Source of the DNA: Candidatus Obscuribacterales bacterium
GTDB lineage: Bacteria; Cyanobacteriota; Vampirovibrionia; Obscuribacterales; Obscuribacteraceae
DNA length: 64,000 nt
Assembly (NCBI GenBank): GCA_965228855.1
Contig: CBDDIJ010000005.1
Location: 1,280,001-1,344,000, forward strand
Direction: 5' to 3'
Position 1 is the stretch's first letter. Each line of letters opens with the position of its first letter. The notes below the pieces were generated by a model. It was not told the origin of the DNA. It did not search any database and saw only the letters and a program-made list of their open reading frames with translations. Shown here one piece after another: positions 38,475 through 47,774 of this stretch. A program made the position numbers and the translations under genes.

Positions 38475-39281
38475 TTGATGAACTGGGCTGAGAAGATCTG
38501 GCAGAAAAATAGCTTGGGAGTTGAGACGGGTAGTGGCGTAAAGATTTTCAGCAGAAAATCTTTAACCTCTCTAGCTCTCTTACTAGCGGCGACGGCATCG
38601 ATATGTGGCGCAGTTCGCGCGGAGGATGCTGCCAAACCTGAACCAGTTCAGCTAGGCACTTTCACGAGCAAAATCGATACCTGGACCCTAGACACACCTT
38701 CTACCGTATTCGGTTTTGAAAAATTTGGTCTGCGACGAGGTGCCTACAACTTACACATTGCCGTAGACGGCAAAACCGCAGACATATCGCTAGATCCCCG
38801 AACCATCGCTAAGGGCGAAGACAAGAAGGATATGTTCGCAAAGTGGGAAGTCGAAAATGAACTGGTTAAACTTTCGCAGAGCATTGGAAGCGCCCCCCTC
38901 CTTCTGACCTACACGGCCGAGGGTGATGGCATCGTCAAAGTACAAAAAATTGAACTGGCATCCGGTGCAAAAACAGCAGGCGTAATAGAAGCCCCCAAAG
39001 ACTCAAGCTCTGAAACAGCGAAAGACAATCCGAACGCTCCAGCGAACGTTGATTCCGCGACCGCCGACCCAGCCGCGCCATCCACAGAGCAGAGCGGAGC
39101 CGGCAATCAAAACGGTCTCCAGTATCTGCTCTCCGGCAAGTCTCCGGTGGATTCCAAAGATCAAATTTACTTTGATATGGAAACGGTCACGATCCTAACA
39201 ATCTTCCTGGTTATCATCGTTCCGGCATACGGTTTAATGCTGTTTTCCAAGAACAACCTGCAGACGTTGGGCAGCAAGTAG
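38475..39281 (+). CDS. hypothetical exported protein with C-terminal TM anchor
   Basis: Signal-like segment LALLLAATASICGAVRA and C-terminal hydrophobic helix. The start is uncertain. Confidence 0.7.
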   Translation: MMNWAEKIWQKNSLGVETGSGVKIFSRKSLTSLALLLAATASICGAVRAEDAAKPEPVQLGTFTSKIDTWTLDTPSTVFGFEKFGLRRGAYNLHIAVDGKTADISLDPRTIAKGEDKKDMFAKWEVENELVKLSQSIGSAPLLLTYTAEGDGIVKVQKIELASGAKTAGVIEAPKDSSSETAKDNPNAPANVDSATADPAAPSTEQSGAGNQNGLQYLLSGKSPVDSKDQIYFDMETVTILTIFLVIIVPAYGLMLFSKNNLQTLGSK

Positions 39282-39314
39282 TTCAGCTCCGCCCTCGTGC
39301 AATGGTCGAGCAAG

Positions 39315-39932
39315 TTAAGACGCTAGTACCGCAAACTCGCGCTCTATCGCTTGCTCCGCTAATTTTGACGAAGTTGCGATAACTTCCGGATTGGTGCCGA
39401 ATGAACGGAAAACGGTAACGTCATTGATGCCGATAAAACCAAGAATCGAGCGGAACCACGGCTCAACAAAATCGTATTGCTGCATGGGAGCCTGGGAATA
39501 ATCGCCACCACTGGTGGTGACCACGACGGCTCGCTTGTTCTTAAGCAATCCTTGCGGTGTTCCGCCAGCAAAACTGTAAGTCAGCCCTGCGCGAACTATC
39601 ATATCTATCCACGCTTTCAAAACTGCAGGCACCGAAAAGTTATACATCGGAGCGCCAAATAGAATAACGTCCGCGTCCTGAAGCTCCTGCATCAGTACAT
39701 CGGGAAACTCGATCAGTTTCTGCTGCGAAGCGTTCAAAGACTCCCGCGGAGAATTGAACGCGACAATGTGCTCATTAGTAAGAAAACCAATATCACTTTT
39801 CACCAGGTCGCGATAAATAACACGCCCCCCTGGATTGGATTTTCTCCAGAGATCCACATAGTGTGCGGTCAGCTTGCGACTAACCGAACTTTCGTGTTGT
39901 CCGCTTGAATCCAGGTGTAGCAAAGTCGCCAT
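39315..39932 (-). CDS. azoR: FMN-dependent NADH-azoreductase
   Basis: Motifs SVSRKL, APMYNFSVPAVLKAWID and TTSGGDY. Confidence 0.92.
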   Translation of the reverse strand: MATLLHLDSSGQHESSVSRKLTAHYVDLWRKSNPGGRVIYRDLVKSDIGFLTNEHIVAFNSPRESLNASQQKLIEFPDVLMQELQDADVILFGAPMYNFSVPAVLKAWIDMIVRAGLTYSFAGGTPQGLLKNKRAVVVTTSGGDYSQAPMQQYDFVEPWFRSILGFIGINDVTVFRSFGTNPEVIATSSKLAEQAIEREFAVLAS

Positions 39933-39977
39933 GTCGAATCTCCTCTCGAACGCTATGAGTTATCATGTTACTAGGAC

Positions 39978-39993
39978 TAGACCGAACGGTCTA
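39978..39993. promoter_or_regulatory. palindromic operator TAGACCGAACGGTCTA (TetR/NemR-box-like)
   Basis: Perfect 7-2-7 inverted repeat about 45 nt upstream of the azoR start. Confidence 0.55.
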
Positions 39994-40096
39994 TGCGCAA
40001 AAGTTCGCTTTTCATGCTCAAGCGTTCAGATTGTGACAACCAGCCGAACTCGAGCGCTTCGATACGCCAGACAAAGATTTTTGCAGGAATTTCAAA

Positions 40097-41029
40097 ATGG
40101 ATTGCCTTTCAGATGCCCTAAACCGAGTCAGATTCAAAAGTTACATTCACTGCAACAGCGAATTCACTGCACCATGGGGTCTACGAATGCCTGGTTTTGC
40201 CGGTCATGCTGCGTTCCTCGTAATGCTTCGTGGCGGATGCCTGGTATCCTTCGAGGACTCAGCTACAACTTACTCACTGGCAGCAGGCGAAGTCATGCTA
40301 CTTCCGCGCGGCTCCGGTTGCATAATCCAGGACCAGGCATCGAGCGAAATCGTCGACTTCTTGAAGGTGCAAACGGGGGCTCCTCCGCGCGGAGAGATCT
40401 GGCACTACGGTGGTGGCGGAGCACTGACGTCTATCCTTATGGGCTGCTTCGAGTTTGACATGCACATGAAAAACCCGCTTATCGAGAGCCTTCCAGGAGT
40501 GATTTATCTGAAGGGCGACCAATTGAAATCAGAACCCTGGCTCGACACGACTCTTCGTTTCCTCGCGTCCGAAACCGCAAACAATCGCCCCGGCTCCGAC
40601 ATTCTGATTGCTCGCCTCACCGACATGTTCTTCATTCAGGTGGTGCGGGCCTTCATGATGCAGCATAAAGATTGCGACAAGACGACGGGTTTCTTGAAAG
40701 GGCTTTCAGACCCGGAGATTGGTCACGCCCTTCGCCTTATTCATGAAACTCCATCGGCACCATGGACAGTGGCAACTTTGGCAAAGCAGGTCGGGTTATC
40801 GCGAACAGCCTTTGCAGTGAAGTTCGCGCAAATTCTGAACCAAACCCCAATCGACTACCTGACCGCCTGGCGAATGCAGGAAGCGGTTTCTCTGATGGAG
40901 AAAGGAGAAGAGAGCACTTCGGCTATCTCGTCGGCAGTCGGCTATTTGTCTGAAGCAGCTTTTGCGAAAGCTTTCAAACGCGAAGTAGGAGAAGCGCCGG
41001 GGGCTTTTCGGCGAAAGATATTCGGCTAG
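40097..41029 (+). CDS. AraC family regulator with cupin_6-type N-terminal domain (RclR-like)
   Basis: N-terminal DCLSDALNRVR..APWG and C-terminal WTVATLAKQVGLSRTAF..VGYLSEAAFAKAFKR. Confidence 0.92.
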   Translation: MDCLSDALNRVRFKSYIHCNSEFTAPWGLRMPGFAGHAAFLVMLRGGCLVSFEDSATTYSLAAGEVMLLPRGSGCIIQDQASSEIVDFLKVQTGAPPRGEIWHYGGGGALTSILMGCFEFDMHMKNPLIESLPGVIYLKGDQLKSEPWLDTTLRFLASETANNRPGSDILIARLTDMFFIQVVRAFMMQHKDCDKTTGFLKGLSDPEIGHALRLIHETPSAPWTVATLAKQVGLSRTAFAVKFAQILNQTPIDYLTAWRMQEAVSLMEKGEESTSAISSAVGYLSEAAFAKAFKREVGEAPGAFRRKIFG

Positions 41030-42096
41030 TTACTGCCGCGATTTATTAAGGACGTCATCTTTGTACGTCCGTACGGTTTGAAATCCTCGGAAGCACCCGC
41101 ACCAAGGTGCATCAGCACGGCTGAGGTCTTTATCATCTGCTGCGCCAACTTACGTGCTTCCGGATGCTTCGATGACATAACTTTCTTGAGAGGTCCAATC
41201 ACTTCCATTGCGGACAGTGTGGAAAATTCTGAGCAATGCAAGTTCACATCTTCCGTAAGTGCAGTTGTAGAAACACCACGGTGACAGATCATGTCGAGCA
41301 GGTTGACCTCCGCAAAGTCACGCGAGGGGTGGCTGGTTGCATGCATGTGGCGACCAGGTGACAGCGCAACGCGTTTACCGTCAACAAGCAGACAGACAGA
41401 CTCTTTCCCGCGATCATGAAAATCAAAAATCGCAGAACCTTTATCAGAGTTAGCGATCAGCACCACGGCCCCTTCGGAAAGCTTTAGCGTTCCTACTTTG
41501 AGTTCAATCTCCATGTCGCGGTCGGCAATCAGGAGTGCTGTACCAGTTTTAAACACTACGTTTTCTTTTGATTCGACGGACTCTACGCCGCAGCCGGTTT
41601 CACTCTCAGGCAGGGATTTAAAAAGTGCTATCAACTCTGGCGATCCGCAGATGCCGAGGGACGCAACTCTCTGACCTGAACCGATCGAGATAATGTATGA
41701 ATCATCGTCCGCACGACCCAGCATAGAACGATTGCCGCTGTCTGTTTGAGTCAAAAGTGCAACATCATCTTCGGTTCCGATTATCGTGAATTCCGGAGTA
41801 AGCAAATTGAGCTTTTCGCCGAATGCAACGCTATGAGGCTTTGTCATAGTCAAATCACGAGTGACAAGTATCTGATCTGTCTCTGCGCCGAAGCCATAAA
41901 TTACATCTTCCGGTTTGAAAAACTCCGACGTGCCGGCGAAGTGAAGGGTGACCGGCTCCTGGGACTGAACATCTCTTGAAACGGAGCCGCTCAAGGACGC
42001 AGCAAAACAAGCAGGAGATAAGGCTAGTGCGCTCGAGACCCCAATAAGTTGCACCAGACCTAGCGCTGCAATGTTCTTAGTCCTGAATCCGTTCAT
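41026..42096 (-). CDS. exported protein with the same conserved C-terminal domain as 28371..32753
   Basis: Signal peptide. GAVVL, PGRHM, HRGVSTT, SEFSTLSA and AVLMHLG are shared with the large beta-helix protein. Confidence 0.8.
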   Translation of the reverse strand: MNGFRTKNIAALGLVQLIGVSSALALSPACFAASLSGSVSRDVQSQEPVTLHFAGTSEFFKPEDVIYGFGAETDQILVTRDLTMTKPHSVAFGEKLNLLTPEFTIIGTEDDVALLTQTDSGNRSMLGRADDDSYIISIGSGQRVASLGICGSPELIALFKSLPESETGCGVESVESKENVVFKTGTALLIADRDMEIELKVGTLKLSEGAVVLIANSDKGSAIFDFHDRGKESVCLLVDGKRVALSPGRHMHATSHPSRDFAEVNLLDMICHRGVSTTALTEDVNLHCSEFSTLSAMEVIGPLKKVMSSKHPEARKLAQQMIKTSAVLMHLGAGASEDFKPYGRTKMTSLINRGSN

Positions 42097-42431
42097 CAAG
42101 AACTCCTCGACAGTTAGCCACTGCCAGACTATCCCGCCTGCAGAAGCAGCTCGGACCGACTAAAACCTGCCTTCAAGCCGGCATAGGTTACAGCCAGAGG
42201 TCCCGCCGGACATAGGGTATCATTTCCGCCGGAGGCTGTCATGAGATCAAAAATTCACTTTTGTCACCGCGCTGTCATTATTGCCGCCTAGAGTTTGGTC
42301 AGCAACCGGCTCAGTCGTGAGTATTTCCACCATTGCTGCCAAAACTCGAATTGCCTAATATGAAATGGCGGTTCAACTTATTGCCTGAAGGCTGGAAACC
42401 ACCCCCTTAAAGAAGAAGGCAGGAAGCAAGC

Positions 42432-42887
42432 ATGTTCGACACAGGAGCAAATCTCAGTCTCACGACTCGACCCCGATTAAGCGAGTCGTCGCTTACGGAA
42501 GATGCTTATCTGTCAGGTATAAAACAGCTTCAAACCGCGCTCGACAGCAAATGCTTCTCGAAGAGCGAGTCTGGAATTCACCTTGTTGGAACAATGGTCC
42601 TTCAAACCTTTCGCCAGGATCGCGACAACTTCGCTAAAGAGTTAACGGATACCTTGAATTCAATGTGTCAAAGCACACAGGCTCGATTTCGAGCTTCCCT
42701 GGCCCTTGGTCCGTCCGCTTACCAGGTACTCAATAGTTTCGCAGCCGAGCGAAATCTAGAAGTCATCTCTGCCGGCTGGCTCGAACTGGTAGACAGCGAA
42801 GAGCGGCAAACAGACAAACGTTTGATAGGTGTGTTCGTGCTTGAAAATGGACGCAGGGGAGTGGGAATCTTTCAAGTTCTGCACTAG
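42432..42887 (+). CDS. hypothetical protein
   Basis: 151 aa ORF with an AGGAAG RBS. No family recognised. Confidence 0.55.
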   Translation: MFDTGANLSLTTRPRLSESSLTEDAYLSGIKQLQTALDSKCFSKSESGIHLVGTMVLQTFRQDRDNFAKELTDTLNSMCQSTQARFRASLALGPSAYQVLNSFAAERNLEVISAGWLELVDSEERQTDKRLIGVFVLENGRRGVGIFQVLH

Positions 42888-42961
42888 AGACGCCCTCGCA
42901 ATAAAGAAGAGCGAACCGGAGTTCGCTCTTCTAAAATCAATCTTCAAGGTGGGTTGATCGA

Positions 42962-43225
42962 TTACCTGTTGCCGTGAGCTACGCTGCTCAACAGAGACAG
43001 ACCGAAGATCAGTACGCCGGATCCAATGATGGCGGGAAACACTGCTACGCCAGCCAGAACAGGTCCCATGGAACCCATTAACGACGCGCCGACCCAGGCT
43101 CCGATGATACCGAAAACAATAGAGGTCAGGAGTCCGCCAGGGATTCTGCCCGGTACGATGTACTCGGCGATACCTGCACATACTGCGGCTACCAGACAAT
43201 AAAGTAGAAAACCAAGAATACTCAT
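42962..43225 (-). CDS. GlsB/YeaQ/YmgE family stress-response membrane protein
   Basis: Sequence IVPGRIPGGLLTSIVFGIIGAWVG..PAIIGS with a GGAGG RBS. Confidence 0.85.
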   Translation of the reverse strand: MSILGFLLYCLVAAVCAGIAEYIVPGRIPGGLLTSIVFGIIGAWVGASLMGSMGPVLAGVAVFPAIIGSGVLIFGLSLLSSVAHGNR

Positions 43226-43392
43226 AACTTCCTCCAAAATTCCATTCGCTTCACTCTCATTGCATAGCATGAGGTTTGACTGTTGATGCGAGACTGGCTG
43301 CCGGCACCGTTTTCGAAAGGTGGAGCTAAATAAGTATCAGAACAATCGAGCGCAGCCCACATCCTACCCAGGACTGCGAAACGGAGAAAAGG

Positions 43393-43737
43393 ATGATGAG
43401 AAGCCCAACTAGCGAAACTTATATAAGGATCGATGACCGAGTAGCCCGTCTCAAACTTATAGCTGCTACTTCGCTACTGATAGTCTCAATGATCGCGCTA
43501 GGCGGCTGCAGTGCCCAGGGAGATGGCAGTGTGCTTAAGGTTCAAACTGGTGAAAAGACACTGCTCGACGTTAAGAAAAACCCGGATGATAAGGTGTCAA
43601 TCGACGTTGAGGTTCCCAGGGTGAATTTGCGAGTCCATCAAGAACCAGATTCAAATTCGTTCGACTACTCGACGCGTTCCGATCTGCCACCGCCGGTACA
43701 ACCACAGGCTTCGACCACGCCAGGCGCCGCATACTAG
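43393..43737 (+). CDS. putative lipoprotein
   Basis: Hydrophobic segment ending in the lipobox-like LGGC. Confidence 0.6.
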   Translation: MMRSPTSETYIRIDDRVARLKLIAATSLLIVSMIALGGCSAQGDGSVLKVQTGEKTLLDVKKNPDDKVSIDVEVPRVNLRVHQEPDSNSFDYSTRSDLPPPVQPQASTTPGAAY

Positions 43738-43821
43738 GTGCGTGGATATTGTTTCAAAAATAGAGTTCTAGCAGTGTCAGAAGCTCAGGCACAGAGTTCG
43801 ACTCGCATACAGTTTTGACCA

Positions 43822-44028
43822 CAGTCAGAAATGACTGACCCCCGGATGAAAGAGACAAGCGCCTTTTGACGCTTGCCTCTTTCTTTGGAAATTTTTTTTC
43901 GAAGTCGCCATTCAAGTAAAAAGAAGAAGAGGCAAAGGTCTTTCGACTTTGCCTCTAAGATCAGCTCCAGACCTTAGTCTCGACTGACCCCGGATGAAAG
44001 AGACAAACGTAAACGTTTGCACTCTCAT
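43822..44028. repeat. duplicated intergenic motif with three related hairpins
   Basis: GACTGACCCC(C)GGATGAAAGAGACAA occurs at about 43833 and 43982. Three stems have the form AGAG(A/G)CAA...TTGC(C/AC)TCT. Confidence 0.7.
43918..43956 (-). terminator. probable intrinsic terminator of the ferritin-like gene
   Basis: Minus strand reads AGAGGCAAAG-TCGAAAGAC-CTTTGCCTCT followed by TCTTCTTTTT. Confidence 0.6.
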
Positions 44029-44045
44029 GTATTTATGATAACCGA

Positions 44046-44588
44046 CTAGCCTTGCAAAAGGTTGACCAGATCATCAGCGTGTTCTTCTTCAACTGCAAGA
44101 ATGTCTTCGAGCATTCTTCTGGTAGTCGGGTCAGAATCGCCAATGAAGTGAATCATTTCAAGGTAAGAATCAATAGCGATTCTCTCAGCGACAAGATTTT
44201 CTCTGATCATATCTTCCAGCGTCTCGCATTCCACATACTCGGCGTGACTCCTGCCAGATATTGTTCGCGGGTCCATGTCGGGATTACCATGCAACTGGGC
44301 AATACGAGCAGCTAGTTTATCGGCGTGCGCTTGTTCTTCATTCGAGTGAGCGAGAAACTCAGCTGCCACTTCCTCAGAATTCATACCTTTAGCAGTGAAG
44401 TAGTGTTGACGATATCGAAGGACGCATAGCAATTCAGTCGCCAGCGCCTGGCTAAGAAGGTTGAGAATTGTTTCCCTATTACCTTTATATCCCTCGGTCA
44501 CCGGACCGTTTTCAATATCTTTGCGAGCGCGCTCGCGAATGGTTTGGACATCGGTCAAGAATTTTGAATTCTCCGATTTTGTTGCCAT
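44046..44588 (-). CDS. bacterioferritin-like / ferritin-like protein
   Basis: Ferroxidase-type motifs ELLCVLRYRQH, EEQAHAD, ERIAIDSY, DPTTRRMLEDIL and EEEHADDL. Confidence 0.9.
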   Translation of the reverse strand: MATKSENSKFLTDVQTIRERARKDIENGPVTEGYKGNRETILNLLSQALATELLCVLRYRQHYFTAKGMNSEEVAAEFLAHSNEEQAHADKLAARIAQLHGNPDMDPRTISGRSHAEYVECETLEDMIRENLVAERIAIDSYLEMIHFIGDSDPTTRRMLEDILAVEEEHADDLVNLLQG

Positions 44589-44984
44589 CAGATTTCTCCT
44601 TCCTTATTTTGAAACAGGTCTGTCAGAAGTTGGCTGAGGACACTCGCCTGCACAACTCTAATAGAAGCTTCCTTGCTTAAAACGTTCAACAAATGATCAC
44701 GTAGCACAGATGGAACTAAGCGAAGTAGTGACTGACATTTTGCGCTCAAACCTTCGAAAAATTTTCGATGAATTGATCTCAGCTTCCCCTCCTTTCAATA
44801 ACAACTGCGTGCAAGCATCGCTACCTTTCGGCGATGCTACACGGCAGACAGGGCCGAACTTCAAAACAAATTGGGGTTCAACTGGGAGATAGTCTGCACA
44901 CGACGATGTGACATGAGCAAATCGCTCGCTATGACGAAGCCTACGTGAGGCCCGAGTGCAGGCTGTAACTACTGGAGGAGAGCA

Positions 44985-45515
44985 ATGAAGAGCACCATCT
45001 TGTTAGCGGCAACCTTGATCCTGTTAGGAGGCTCGGCGGCACCACTTTCAGCTCAGGACGCGAGCGTCGAGCAGAGGCTTGCGGAGACAACGGCAAAAAT
45101 TGACGCGAATCGCCAAGCCGGGAAGATCAGCGTGAAGCAGTCGACAAACCTCCACTCCGAAGCGAAGATTTTGTCGAACAAAATAGAAGAAACCAAATCT
45201 AAAAACCAGGGGCTTTTGAGTGAAGGCGATAAGGTTAAATTCGGAAATAAGGTGAAGGCACTGGACGTCAAAGTAGCCTCCACCGCGAACCCGAAACGGA
45301 CATCCGATGAGAAGTCGCTTGCGACTATTCGCAAGGCAATCATGAAACAAAAAGGATTTTCGACCGAAGCGCAAAACGTAAAGCTCAGTTTTGAGGACGG
45401 CGTTCTGGTCCTTGATGGTTCAGTTAAGACCGAGAAGGAAAAGGAAGATTTGATCAACGTAGCGAAGAACGCCGGCGCATCGCAGGTGAACAGCAAGTTG
45501 TCCGTCGTCCAATAG
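44985..45515 (+). CDS. exported BON domain protein
   Basis: Signal peptide and C-terminal SDEK..IRKAI..NVK..DGVLVLDGSV..EK..V.SKL. Confidence 0.82.
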   Translation: MKSTILLAATLILLGGSAAPLSAQDASVEQRLAETTAKIDANRQAGKISVKQSTNLHSEAKILSNKIEETKSKNQGLLSEGDKVKFGNKVKALDVKVASTANPKRTSDEKSLATIRKAIMKQKGFSTEAQNVKLSFEDGVLVLDGSVKTEKEKEDLINVAKNAGASQVNSKLSVVQ

Positions 45516-45561
45516 ACGCAAAATCTGGTTACGCGGAGACAGAAAATAAAGGAGAGTTGTA

Positions 45562-46080
45562 ATGTCGAAAGCAGTTATAGGAATAGCGGCAACGCTAACT
45601 CAAGCAGAAACAATTGTGGATAGATTGAAATTGGCTGGGTTCTTTGCAGACCAAGTGTCCATACTAATGCCGGACGTAACAGCAACGACCGAATTTGGTC
45701 ATGAGAACGAAACGAAGGCACCCGAAGGCACCGCCATTGGTGCAACTACCGGGTTTGCAATCGGTGGCGTGCTAGGCTGGCTAGCCGGTATAGGAGCGTT
45801 GGCACTACCGGGATTGGGAGCCTTCATCGCAGCCGGACCAATTATGGCAGCCCTGAGCGGAGCCGCCACTGGCACCGCCATTGGTGGCTTGGTCGGTGGA
45901 CTCAGCGGTCTCGGAATCCCCGAGTACGAGGCGAAACTCTACGAGGGTCGACTGAAAGAAGGGCACATACTGATCGCCGCTCACACCGAAGACCCGGAAA
46001 TGCGACGCCGAGCCGAGGAAATCATGAAAGAGTGCAAAGCCGAGGATGTTCATACCGTCCAGGCCAGCAAAAACGGCTAA
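45562..46080 (+). CDS. glycine-zipper general stress membrane protein (DUF3341/17M-like)
   Basis: Sequence KAPEG..GG.LGWLAGIGALALPGLG.FIAAGP..GLGIPEYEAKLYE. Confidence 0.85.
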   Translation: MSKAVIGIAATLTQAETIVDRLKLAGFFADQVSILMPDVTATTEFGHENETKAPEGTAIGATTGFAIGGVLGWLAGIGALALPGLGAFIAAGPIMAALSGAATGTAIGGLVGGLSGLGIPEYEAKLYEGRLKEGHILIAAHTEDPEMRRRAEEIMKECKAEDVHTVQASKNG

Positions 46081-46136
46081 AGCGAAAAGCCTGAGAGCAT
46101 CTCGTGCCTCCATTCCAGGAGACTACACGGGTACAG

Positions 46137-46165
46137 AAGAGGTGGCATTCAGCCACCTCTTTTTT
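46137..46165 (+). terminator. intrinsic terminator
   Basis: Hairpin AAGAGGTGGC-ATTCA-GCCACCTCTT followed by a T run. Confidence 0.85.
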
Positions 46166-46303
46166 CGCCTTGATGTGTTAAATGTCATGTTCTGAAACGC
46201 AACACATTTATTTTCAACAGCACTCTTACGGTAGACTTGTCATCTCGCTTTTTATGCCAGCGGTTCTCGCCGTTGGTTCGGTTGCGACTTCCAGGAAGGC
46301 CCT

Positions 46304-47632
46304 ATGGTAACAGTTGTTAAAAGAGAACAGAAAATCATTCGTATCCTGCGCATACGCGTGGTCGATAAGCCCGGATACCTCGGAAAAATTGCCACCAGGA
46401 TTGGCGAACTGGAAGCAAACATAGGCGATGTTTCAATTGCTGGTCAGGGACAGGATTATCTAATTAGAGAAGTAAGCGTTTCGCTCAAAGATGAGGCGCA
46501 TCTACAAAGAATTGTGGATGCTTTAAGTAACCTGGATGGCGTCACCGTTGAAGCAGTAATAGATCCGGTCGAGCAGGCACACAGAGGTGGAAAGATCGGC
46601 ATGAAAAGCCGTGCTCCTCTCGACAGCATTACAGAGATGCGCAAAATTTACACACCTGGCGTCGCACAAATCTGCAAATTGATTCACAAAGATCTTTCTC
46701 AGAGCCGCAACTTTACCTGTATCGGCAATTCAGTTGCGGTGGTAACAAATGGCACTGCTATTTTAGGACTCGGAAATATAGGTCCTGTTGCTGGAATGCC
46801 AGTGATGGAAGGCAAGGCAGTTTTATACGAACAGTTGGTTGGTATCAGCGCCATTCCCATATTAATCGACTCACTCAATGTCGAGGAAATAGTGAATACG
46901 GTAAAAGGAATCAGCCCCACATTTGGTGCCATCCATTTAGAAGACATTGCAGCACCCGAATGCTTTGAAATTGAAAAACGTCTTTCAGACGAACTTTCCA
47001 TACCAGTTCTTCACGACGATCAACATGCTACAGCCGCAGTCGTTTTAGGTGCTTTGATAACAGTAAGTCAAAGAAGCGGTTTTAACCTGCAAGACTGCAG
47101 AGTTGGCATTCTAGGGCTTGGCGCGGCAGGAGCCGGTATTGCGCAACTTTTACGTGACTTCGGCGTCATGGAAATTTTGGGAGCAGATCTAAGAGAAGAT
47201 GCTTGCGAACGCCTGAAGCAGCAAGGTGGAACACCGACAGACCTTACAGGGGTCATGCAGAGCTCAGATATCGTCATAGCAACGACCGGCGTTCCAGGTT
47301 TGATTAAGCCCGAGATGGTTAAAAACGGACAGGTAATTCTCGCGATCTCAAATCCCGATCCGGAAATTGATCCCGAAGTTGCCATCGCTAATGGTGCCAA
47401 GTTTGCAGCAGATGGCAGAACGATAAACAACGCCCTGGCATTCCCCGGTCTCTTCAAAGGCGCATTGCTAGCCGAAGCAAAAGAATTTACCTCTAAAATG
47501 AAAATCGCGGCAGCTCAAGCAATTGCAGGACAGACACGACTGGACGACCTGGTCCCCAGCATACTAGACAAAACCGTCCATGAGCACGTGGCTACCGCCG
47601 TCTCCCTGGCGTACACGCAAAAAAAGAACTAA
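46304..47632 (+). CDS. NAD(P)-dependent malic enzyme with N-terminal ACT domain
   Basis: ACT motif DKPGYLG, then YTPGVA, GLGNIGP..PVMEGK, LEDIAAPECF, HDDQH, GLGAAG and INNALAFPGLF. Confidence 0.92.
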   Translation: MVTVVKREQKIIRILRIRVVDKPGYLGKIATRIGELEANIGDVSIAGQGQDYLIREVSVSLKDEAHLQRIVDALSNLDGVTVEAVIDPVEQAHRGGKIGMKSRAPLDSITEMRKIYTPGVAQICKLIHKDLSQSRNFTCIGNSVAVVTNGTAILGLGNIGPVAGMPVMEGKAVLYEQLVGISAIPILIDSLNVEEIVNTVKGISPTFGAIHLEDIAAPECFEIEKRLSDELSIPVLHDDQHATAAVVLGALITVSQRSGFNLQDCRVGILGLGAAGAGIAQLLRDFGVMEILGADLREDACERLKQQGGTPTDLTGVMQSSDIVIATTGVPGLIKPEMVKNGQVILAISNPDPEIDPEVAIANGAKFAADGRTINNALAFPGLFKGALLAEAKEFTSKMKIAAAQAIAGQTRLDDLVPSILDKTVHEHVATAVSLAYTQKKN

Positions 47633-47774
47633 CGAACAATCTCGGAAGTTGTCGAATTGCTAAGCGCAAAACCGCTTCCGTTATTTGATTTGGGATTTGT
47701 ACGTACCTGGAAGGAACAAAAAGTTCACGAACCTCAAGCGACCATGCGATTGCTAGTCAGTGGAGGTATGTTGA

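Noticed and set aside
43780..43810. GAGTTCGACTC resembling a tRNA T-loop
   Set aside because: No cloverleaf or acceptor stem can be formed around it.
43833..44005. CTGA...GAAA in the duplicated motif, suggesting a hammerhead ribozyme
   Set aside because: The core needs CUGANGA and a stem II before GAAA, but the sequence reads CTGACCC.
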